Origin: a virus
Taxonomy: Duplodnaviria > Caudoviricetes
DNA length: 63,865 nt
IMG/VR virus record: IMGVR_UViG_3300031857_000159
Location: 1-63,865 of that record
Strand: one strand, 5' to 3'
Shown here: one piece after another, positions 56,834 through 63,865 of the stretch
How positions within the stretch are numbered: position 1 is the stretch's first letter
Layout: each line of letters opens with the position of its first letter
Notes under the pieces: generated by a model
Told to the model about the DNA's origin: nothing
Seen by the model: only the letters and a program-made list of their open reading frames with translations
Databases searched by the model: none
Program-made: the position numbers and the translations under genes

Positions 56834-58438
56834 TTAAAAGAATGGATTACCATTATTGTTAGGTGTGTATTTATTTACTACTTCTTTATTTTCTCTTTTT
56901 TCTATTTCGTTAAGCGCCATTTTAAATTCAGATATTGTTACTCCATTACTAACGTCGTAACCTTTCCATTTTAATAAACCAATTTGTTTTTCTGTTGCTG
57001 GTTGTGCGCTGATAATTTCACTACACATTTTCTTTGTGTATTCTACATTAACTGTATCATATCCTAAACGAGCTATCCATGCTAATTGTTTTTCGGTAGC
57101 AGGCTCTTCCATCTTAATAGAGTTACTAATATAAACTTTTGGTAACGCGAATAAATCAACTTTAACGTCTTTTTTAGATGTAGCTACTACATAGGCTATC
57201 TTTCTTTCTCTTTCATCAATTAAGGCTTTCTTTTTAGCCTTAGTCATGAATACTTTCTCTTCCGTTGCTTTGCCTGAATCTAAGCTCCAAGCGTTAATTA
57301 GCTTGTGCCTTGTTGTACTATCAACAAAATCAAGTATGACACAATTCTGCCCGTATTTAGCAATAAAGTTCTCATCTTTTAAACGGGTGCCTCTGCCGAT
57401 ACATTGCAAATATTTAGATAACGACTTAGTCGGAGCGCAATTACCTATAACTCCCGTGTTTCTGTGATCGAATCCAGTAGTTAAAATACCTACATTAGTT
57501 AATACTTGTATTTTACCCGCTTTAAAATCTTTAATGGTTTGTGACCTATCTCCTGTTGATTCTTCATCAGACGAAACAGCATTACAAATAATTCCTTGTG
57601 ATTTAAACTCTTCTGCTAAATGTAAGCTATGTTTAATATCAACACAAAAGAAAATACCCTGTCTTCCTTCTGCGTATGTTTTGTACGAATCTACAATTAG
57701 TTTATTCCTTTGAGGTATATCTACTTCGTTTGATAAATCTTTAGCGTTAAATTCACCGCCTGTTGTTCTGACGTTATCAAGTGATAAATCAGTTTTAATT
57801 CTTACAGCATCTAACTCGCACAAGTAACCGTCTTTAACTCCGTCCGCAATATCGTAACTATAAACTATTTTATCAAACATATTACCTAACTGCATACCAT
57901 CTAAACGCGTAGGCGTTGCCGTTAATCCCAATAATAGTTTAGGTTCAAAGTATTTTAAAGGATCGGAGAATGTACGACTAAGGAATAGGTGAGCTTCGTC
58001 ACAGATAATAGCATCAAAATGGTCTTTTGGTAATTTATCTAATCTTCTGTATAGCGTTTGAGCAGAAGCCATTACTACGCTTCCATCAGGATAAAAAGCA
58101 TCTGCCTTTATTAATCCCATTCTGAATTTAATACCTCTACATCCGAACATTCCCGAACCATTATGGACCCAATTAATGAATCCTATATCTTCAACAGCAT
58201 CAGTAAGCTCCTTATCAAACTTTTCGGATAAAAAGGCTAAGGCTGATTGTTGTACTAATTCTTCGGTATGGGTAATCCACAATACACGCTGAAAGTTAAA
58301 TTGTTCTATGGCTTTAACGGCGGTAAAGGTTTTGCCTGTGCCGGTTGCCATTACTAATAACTGTTTCTTAACGCCATTGTCAAGTTCTTTCTTAACAGCA
58401 TCAATAGCTTTGATTTGATAATCTCTTAATGGTTTCAT
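56834..58438 (-). CDS. SF2 DEAH helicase (Irc3/YejH-like)
   Basis: LRDYQ, ATGTGKT, DEAH, GLTATP and QCIGRGTR motifs; ATEKQ repeats. Confidence 0.92.
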   Translation of the reverse strand: MKPLRDYQIKAIDAVKKELDNGVKKQLLVMATGTGKTFTAVKAIEQFNFQRVLWITHTEELVQQSALAFLSEKFDKELTDAVEDIGFINWVHNGSGMFGCRGIKFRMGLIKADAFYPDGSVVMASAQTLYRRLDKLPKDHFDAIICDEAHLFLSRTFSDPLKYFEPKLLLGLTATPTRLDGMQLGNMFDKIVYSYDIADGVKDGYLCELDAVRIKTDLSLDNVRTTGGEFNAKDLSNEVDIPQRNKLIVDSYKTYAEGRQGIFFCVDIKHSLHLAEEFKSQGIICNAVSSDEESTGDRSQTIKDFKAGKIQVLTNVGILTTGFDHRNTGVIGNCAPTKSLSKYLQCIGRGTRLKDENFIAKYGQNCVILDFVDSTTRHKLINAWSLDSGKATEEKVFMTKAKKKALIDERERKIAYVVATSKKDVKVDLFALPKVYISNSIKMEEPATEKQLAWIARLGYDTVNVEYTKKMCSEIISAQPATEKQIGLLKWKGYDVSNGVTISEFKMALNEIEKRENKEVVNKYTPNNNGNPFF

Positions 58439-58449
58439 TTATTACCTGA

Positions 58450-58880
58450 TAGTTTAATGTTCTAAAAGCGGTTTTAAATAGCCGTAGACCGCTACTACGC
58501 TAACTTACGATTTAGTTTCTTAGTGGTTGGTTGTGAATGCTATTCACATTAACCAAACTTGAAAGCTTACGTTCTCTGCGCGCATCAGAGATTTTGTAGC
58601 CAAGACAGGTACTGCCCCTGTTTCTTAGTATTTTGCTTTTTATCGCGCAACTATGAGTTACTTTTACTCTACCTGACTATGTAATCGCGCTTCAAGTTAT
58701 TTGTTTCTTACGATACGTGTAGCACCTATATTATTACATTAATGCTATTCTACGCTATGTAATAAGCCTCAACCATCAATCACAAACCTGCATAAAACAG
58801 GACTTACTTGAAACGCAACAATTTCGCAGGGGCTATGATTTTCTTACGGGAATAGAGCATAACAATTACCCTGCAATGCT
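58450..58880 (-). ncRNA. cluster of structured non-coding RNA elements in the helicase leader
   Basis: no ORF of 60 aa or more; promoter TAATTTTG (58907-58900); at least 5 stems plus a tRNA-like fold. Confidence 0.6.
58597..58678 (-). ncRNA. tRNA-like element with non-canonical anticodon arm
   Basis: acceptor AGUCAGG/CUUGGCU, U8A9, D arm GAGU-AAAAGUA-ACUC, T arm ACAGG-GGCAGUA-CCUGU; no encoded CCA. Confidence 0.7.
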
Positions 58881-58892
58881 TTTAAAGAACTA

Positions 58893-59204
58893 ATTTGTGC
58901 AAAATTACAAATAAAATCATTACTTTCCAAATAAATTTTTACAAAAGAATAATGATTGTTGAAAACATTATTTAATTACCTGTATTTATAAGCTATTTTA
59001 ATACCTCCTCAGAACTATCGGTATGTTACAAATTAATTTAGAATAAATCTAAACAAGTATCAATTTATCAGATAGTTAAGTATTAAATTGTAAAAACTTT
59101 ACAATTACATAAAAATAATCAGCTTAATTATCAGACAGTTACAACTTATGTTAATGTAAAATTGTAATATGTATTGATTTTAAGCGTTTTATATTTTACA
59201 TTTG
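58893..59204. promoter_or_regulatory. divergent control region
   Basis: TAATTTTG (-) and TACATTTG (+, 59197) promoters, palindromes, Fur-like box 59036-59054, IHF-like WATCAR-N4-TTR boxes. Confidence 0.6.
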
Positions 59205-59214
59205 CGTATAAATT

Positions 59215-59814
59215 TTGAATATTTTCAGAATTTATATAAATAATATAAAAACTATCAAAGTGGGAATCAACAGACAGGGAAACAATCGCAGGGTTCAAAA
59301 GACTGAAATTGAAACTTTATTGGATTTTAGAGAACTATCAATTCATAAATCCAATAGAGTTATTACTAAAAACTTTACAGCGTATATAACAGGATCCGAA
59401 ACAAATCTTGCAAGACTACTGACGTTTTTAATATTTGAAGCAAAGAGAAATAACGTATTAGAATTTAATACTCACTTGTTAGTTAAGTACGGGCAATATT
59501 TAGAAGCTGTTCAAAATAAGTTTGGTAATGAAGTTAAGACGCGTAAAACGGTAATGTTTAACAGAAATGATTTTCAGCAGTTAGTAAGGTTAGGAATTAT
59601 CATCCCAATTGTACCTAAAGAGAAATTGTTTTTAATAAACCCGGCGTTAACATACCATGAAGGTTACTACAATGAACAAGCAACTTACATGAAAGCTTAC
59701 GAGAACATCTATGCGCTGTATGTTTTTGGAGGATACGATAAAAAGGTATTACATTCTTTAATAGTAACGGCGGCAAAAGAGTTTTATAATAATTGTTTAA
59801 ATAAAAATATATGA
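59215..59814 (+). CDS. winged-helix (RepL-like) protein; likely start GTG 59260
   Basis: LV.LGII......FLINP motif; AACTATCA precedes the GTG. Confidence 0.55.
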   Translation: MNIFRIYINNIKTIKVGINRQGNNRRVQKTEIETLLDFRELSIHKSNRVITKNFTAYITGSETNLARLLTFLIFEAKRNNVLEFNTHLLVKYGQYLEAVQNKFGNEVKTRKTVMFNRNDFQQLVRLGIIIPIVPKEKLFLINPALTYHEGYYNEQATYMKAYENIYALYVFGGYDKKVLHSLIVTAAKEFYNNCLNKNI

Positions 59815-60119
59815 TAAATTGGAAAAAAGGAACTAAACTGGTTTGCATCAAATCATTTAGAGGAATTAACAAGATGGGACAAAAGTTGTCCTTTATACCT
59901 CCGCAAAAAGACGTAATCTATACGTTTGATAGAGTAAAAGGTTATGACGATACATTTTCTTGTTGGTACATAATGCTTGAAGAGTTTCCGGGAACAGGCG
60001 GATACAATCATTCTCATTTCAAGCCACTGAAAGACGTATTAGATTCTCAAAGTGAAGAGTTGGTAAAAGAATTAGAGGAAGAAATTAACCAAGAACAAAT
60101 GATTGAACATGAAAGATAA
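59811..60119 (+). CDS. hypothetical protein
   Basis: coupled ORF; K.GTKLVCI motif. Confidence 0.65.
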   Translation: MINWKKGTKLVCIKSFRGINKMGQKLSFIPPQKDVIYTFDRVKGYDDTFSCWYIMLEEFPGTGGYNHSHFKPLKDVLDSQSEELVKELEEEINQEQMIEHER

Positions 60120-60459
60120 TATGTGGTCCACAGCTATAAGTGTTTGCGTTGACATATTGGAGCGCAGAAACTTTGAGAAGAAATTACCTGCTACTCATGG
60201 AGGAATATTCTATGACTATGTAGTTACTAAGTTTCCTATTGAGTTTTCAATGGAAGAGAAAGGTAAGATATGGTCTGATGTAATTAAGGAGTATAAACAA
60301 AAGAACGGATCTTATTCAGAACTATTTAAAACAGACTTAAAAGAAAACAGGACTTGTTTAAATATTTACAAGGGTGAGTTAGTAAGATTGTTTTTTAAGA
60401 ACAACAAAGAGTTATTAAACGAATTTAAACCAAATCAAGATGTTAACAAAACTGATTGA
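60103..60459 (+). CDS. hypothetical protein
   Basis: coupled ORF. Confidence 0.65.
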   Translation: MNMKDNMWSTAISVCVDILERRNFEKKLPATHGGIFYDYVVTKFPIEFSMEEKGKIWSDVIKEYKQKNGSYSELFKTDLKENRTCLNIYKGELVRLFFKNNKELLNEFKPNQDVNKTD

Positions 60460-60769
60460 AATACCCGCCGAAACAAATAATGAAAAGATAGACTTTTTAT
60501 GCAGATTAATATCAATAACTGCTGATCCTGAAATCTTTGTCATCAAGACGTTGTTTAATATCAATAATGGTAAGCAATGCTTAATGGATACATACGCAAA
60601 GAATGTAGCCTGCATAAATGGTGATGTAAACATAAACACGTTTAATGTATCTTTGTCGCGGTTAATGAAAAAGAATGTAGTTGCTAAAATAGGTAAACTT
60701 TATTCGTTACATCCGATATTTTTAGGTATTAATGAATCAGAATCAATAACAATAAAATGGAAAAATTAA
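60440..60769 (+). CDS. putative winged-helix DNA-binding protein
   Basis: NTFNVSLSRLMKKNVV.K.GK.YSLHP motif. Confidence 0.55.
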   Translation: MLTKLIEIPAETNNEKIDFLCRLISITADPEIFVIKTLFNINNGKQCLMDTYAKNVACINGDVNINTFNVSLSRLMKKNVVAKIGKLYSLHPIFLGINESESITIKWKN

Positions 60770-61224
60770 TAAATAAATTTTTAGACTTATCAAAGTCAAT
60801 AGAGTATCACTATCAGTTAGGCTTGAAAGATAAAATGGAACTATATAACTATTGCGACTACATAGGTAAGATAGATTTATATATTTTTTTCCTAAACGAG
60901 AAAATAACTTTAAATAAATTAATGTATGGTTTAACAAAAGAAAATTCTGGTAAAGGCAGGAGCGTTCCTACAAAGAAATATTTAAAAGACGGTAAACAAA
61001 TAAATACATTTACTTATAAAAGTATGAGTAAGCATCAATATCATATTGAGCGTAAAAAGACTTATAAGCTAATAGATAATATTAAGTATTTACACTCATA
61101 TAAAAAGAATCTGAATGTTTACTTTCTAGACAATAACCTGTATTCTAATAATGAAAGTTTAATAAAGAGAATAGTTGCTGAATTAAATAATATTGATGAA
61201 TTTATAAGAAAAAACAAACCATGA
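60757..61224 (+). CDS. hypothetical protein
   Basis: coupled ORF. Confidence 0.6.
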   Translation: MEKLINKFLDLSKSIEYHYQLGLKDKMELYNYCDYIGKIDLYIFFLNEKITLNKLMYGLTKENSGKGRSVPTKKYLKDGKQINTFTYKSMSKHQYHIERKKTYKLIDNIKYLHSYKKNLNVYFLDNNLYSNNESLIKRIVAELNNIDEFIRKNKP

Positions 61225-61433
61225 GCAAAGCAGAAGAAATCCGTAAAAAGTTCGGAGTTAAAAGTGAGCAAACTACCGAAGTAAAACAAATCTATGACGA
61301 AATAGAAAGAATAGCCGATAAGTGTAAGTCTTTAATTTGGCACGATCAGATAAGCCATAATGCTATGAAGGAGTTGAAGAAACAAGGTTTCTCGGTAGGA
61401 TATGAAAATAATTGTTACATAATAACTTGGTAA
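61221..61433 (+). CDS. hypothetical protein
   Basis: EL...GFSV......I.W motif; coupled ORF. Confidence 0.6.
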   Translation: MSKAEEIRKKFGVKSEQTTEVKQIYDEIERIADKCKSLIWHDQISHNAMKELKKQGFSVGYENNCYIITW

Positions 61434-61648
61434 TTATGAAGCCTGAAGAAAAAGCGAAAGAACTTTATTTAAAATATTATATTCCTGATTATTGTTTTGC
61501 TAAAGCCGGCATGAGTTCAGATTGGAGACAAACAGCATCTAAAAAATACGCAACAATGGTAGTTGATGAAATAATTGACAACGGGATAAAGTGGATGCCT
61601 GAAGTTGACTGGTGGATTGAAGTAAAAAAACAAATACAATTAATATGA
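61412..61648 (+). CDS. hypothetical protein (P.EKA.EL..VDEI..W..VK family)
   Basis: paralog of 61645. Confidence 0.6.
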   Translation: MLHNNLVIMKPEEKAKELYLKYYIPDYCFAKAGMSSDWRQTASKKYATMVVDEIIDNGIKWMPEVDWWIEVKKQIQLI

Positions 61649-61827
61649 TACCTAAAAAGAAAGCAGAGAACTTAAAAGAAAAGTTCGGTAAAGAAACAGC
61701 GTTTAAAGTAGTAGATGAGATACTTGATGCTATTAAGGAATATCAGTACAGTGCTTTAATACATAAGCAGGTATTTGATTATTGGATAGATGTAAAAGGC
61801 GAAATAAAAAAGTTGCCTGCAACATAA
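61645..61827 (+). CDS. hypothetical protein (paralog of 61412)
   Basis: PKKKAENL..VVDEIL..YWIDVK motif. Confidence 0.6.
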   Translation: MIPKKKAENLKEKFGKETAFKVVDEILDAIKEYQYSALIHKQVFDYWIDVKGEIKKLPAT

Positions 61828-61879
61828 AAATTTAACACTTTTTATTTGGAAATTAAATAATCATTTCCTAAATTTGCAT

Positions 61880-61938
61880 TCATACACTTTTTTAAAGTAG
61901 AGCGGGGAAGTTTACCTGATAGTTCTTCTCCGCTTTTT
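61880..61938 (+). ncRNA. candidate sRNA 2 or attenuator hairpin
   Basis: TAAATTTG promoter 61869-61876; stem AGCGGGGAAG/CTTCTCCGCT followed by T run; loop TTTACCTGATAGTT. Confidence 0.55.
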
Positions 61939-62002
61939 AAAGTTAAAAACATTCAGGGACGAAAGTTAACAGAGTATCGTTTTTTTAAACGCAACAACAA
62001 AA

Positions 62003-62860
62003 GTGAAAGACATTGTTTACACACATACAGAAATTAGCTCTGCCGTAAAAGATGGTCAAAAACCATTGCGTAAAGTTGTTGTTACGCCGGAGGGCTTTCG
62101 TCATTTAAGAATAAATCCGCAAGTAGTTAAGGTTATATCCGATGAGGGTAATTTAAAGTTACTTGCGGTATTTTTAAGACTAAAATCTGTTTACAGTAAT
62201 TCTTGCATATACAATGTAACTGACAGTAAATTGGCGGCGATATTAAAAGTATCACGTCAGACAGCAAACAGGTTAAGAAACCGTTTAGAGCGTTTAGGCT
62301 GGGTAAAGTATCACGGTAACAACTTAATGTTATTAAAGGTAACAGAAATAAGCCATGAGTATATTCAGAAAGACGTTGAAGGTTTCAGCAGAAAGGCTAA
62401 TGTATATTTAGAAGTAAAGAGTAAACAATTAAAAGACATTGAAACCTATTTAAGGTATTTAATAATAAAGCAGAAGGAGATAAACAAGAACTACTTATTG
62501 GAGTTACGTCAAGACCTATCTAATCCGAAGAGTGTTAAGCAATTTAAAAAGTTAGCAGAGCGCTGTAAGAAATTAGGCATAACAGCCTTAAACGGTGAAA
62601 TTGACTATCAGCTTCAAATAAGTTATAAAGGACTTGCAAAGCTTCTAAACTGTTCAGTAGGATCCGCCTACAATTACCTCCGTAACCTCGCGCGGAAAGA
62701 AGTTCTCAAAGTACACACCAAAAGAGAAGTAATAAAGAAGAACATACAAGAACATATATGGAACGACTTCCTGTCCTACCAAGATGTATATAAGAACTGC
62801 TTCTACTCCTACGGATACATAATAAAGAACCACTGCAATAAATATAACCTATTAGCATAA
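62003..62860 (+). CDS. putative replication initiator with tandem HTH/winged-helix motifs
   Basis: KLAAILKVSRQTANRL..LERLGWV and SYKGLAKLLNCSVGSA..YL..L motifs; adjacent to a non-coding skewed region. Confidence 0.55.
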   Translation: MKDIVYTHTEISSAVKDGQKPLRKVVVTPEGFRHLRINPQVVKVISDEGNLKLLAVFLRLKSVYSNSCIYNVTDSKLAAILKVSRQTANRLRNRLERLGWVKYHGNNLMLLKVTEISHEYIQKDVEGFSRKANVYLEVKSKQLKDIETYLRYLIIKQKEINKNYLLELRQDLSNPKSVKQFKKLAERCKKLGITALNGEIDYQLQISYKGLAKLLNCSVGSAYNYLRNLARKEVLKVHTKREVIKKNIQEHIWNDFLSYQDVYKNCFYSYGYIIKNHCNKYNLLA

Positions 62861-63246
62861 TGCTCATATTTTGAATATAATATATCCGAAGAATTCATTC
62901 CGCAAGGAATACCCTAATGTATTTTAAAAAGTATTTAAGAATCTAAAAGGATAATAAGTACCAATAAGCAATATCCTACAAGCATAACAAACCTGCCTAC
63001 CCAATCTTAAATACACCCCATAATGTCTAAATAATAGCTAAATAATGTCTAACCATACCCATCAACACCCAGTAGACATTTTATACCCCTGATTAGTATT
63101 ATATCACCTTTGGGGGAGGGATATAAAACCTACCTACCTATCTATCCTCCCTATTTACCCATTTTTCTGCCTTTTAAGAACACTTTTCCATCATTACCTT
63201 GCCTACCTACCATTAAATACATTTAAGTGGCTTAAATCGGCTAAAA

Positions 63247-63492
63247 TCAATTATTGCAGTAATGACTGGACTGTAATCTTTCACCGTATAATTTATTTCT
63301 CAAGCCTTTTAGCTTGGCTGTTATTTGATTCTGATATATTTGAATAATCTTTTCCAGCTCATCAGGATTTAATATCTCTAGTAGTATTTTTTGGTTACTG
63401 TCTATGCCATTTTTGTACTTTTCAGGGTTTAAAATCTGTAATTGCAGTATGATAGTATGGATTAATACTGCTTTTAATTCATCTTTACTCAT
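63247..63492 (-). CDS. hypothetical protein
   Basis: 81-aa ORF. Confidence 0.5.
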   Translation of the reverse strand: MSKDELKAVLIHTIILQLQILNPEKYKNGIDSNQKILLEILNPDELEKIIQIYQNQITAKLKGLRNKLYGERLQSSHYCNN

Positions 63493-63657
63493 AACGTTAA
63501 ATTTTTGGTTAAAAATACACTAAAAAATTGGAAAAAAGGCATTTTTGTAACTGCTTAATTTATAAATAGTTAGTCTACTTTGTCCACCGAGCGAAGACAA
63601 AAATTTCAGCACCTAAAAATACCTTAAAAAATGGGTGCCTTTCCTACCTTATTTTAA

Positions 63658-63861
63658 CTATAAAACCATATTTAAAGACTTTAAAGTATCTGAAAAGTCT
63701 GCTACGGTACCGTTAAAATTAAATAATATATGACGCCCGGCGGAGCCATCGGCAGAACATTGCCGGCAGAAATACTCATTTTTAGCCTCATAAAACGTTA
63801 AATGATGTTTTATTGATTCTTCACCACAACATGAGCATGATTTTTCATTAGCGTCAATCAT
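63658..63861 (-). CDS. small Zn-finger-like protein (possibly 5'-truncated at window edge)
   Basis: CSCC and CRQC motifs. Confidence 0.45.
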   Translation of the reverse strand: MIDANEKSCSCCGEESIKHHLTFYEAKNEYFCRQCSADGSAGRHILFNFNGTVADFSDTLKSLNMVL

Positions 63862-63865
63862 TGGA

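Noticed and set aside
58450-58880. Standard tmRNA or canonical tRNA gene
   Set aside because: The acceptor stem lacks the Ala GGGG/G3-U70 identity, no tag reading frame is evident, and there is no 7-nt anticodon loop.
1322-60937. Antisense and nested ORFs in the track (e.g. 1546-1941, 7164-7484, 31858-32289, 53312-53557, 55345-55659)
   Set aside because: They are shadows of longer, well-supported genes and have no motifs or leaders of their own.
1-63865. Stop-codon reassignment as in some crAss-like phages
   Set aside because: The standard code already gives dense, full-length ORFs, and TAG and TGA both end genes at sensible boundaries.
1-63865. Integrase/att-based prophage
   Set aside because: No tyrosine or serine recombinase recognised, and no host genes at the flanks.

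Overview
This window looks like a near-complete, AT-rich genome (~64 kb) of a tailed phage, probably infecting Bacteroidota, since TAnnTTTG promoters are frequent and Shine-Dalgarno sites are not evident. The + strand (1.5-47 kb) carries a crAss-like podovirus morphogenesis module: terminases, portal, scaffold, major capsid, ring/IHF/tail-tube/muzzle genes, duplicated fibre modules, a lysis cassette with an amidase and a probable unimolecular spanin, and large cargo proteins. A GIY-YIG homing endonuclease and a ferritin gene interrupt the cargo block. The - strand (47-58.4 kb) carries a host-dependent replication/recombination module (RusA, DnaB, initiator-like protein, NinB-like, SSB, GroES, SF2 helicase). 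I recognise no DNA polymerase, primase, virion RNA polymerase or integrase. The most notable signals are non-coding: (1) two paralogous candidate sRNAs, one with a loop perfectly complementary to an AACTATCA leader motif shared by 7 phage genes; (2) a ~430-nt structured RNA cluster containing a tRNA-like element with a GGCAGUA T-loop; (3) three ECF-sigma-type promoters overlapped by a TTGTA-N6-TACAA palindrome; (4) Fur-box-like sites at capsid promoters in a genome that encodes ferritin. One cargo protein is also segmented by 11 xxxGG motifs, like a polyprotein. All family calls come from motif recognition by eye; no database searches were run.
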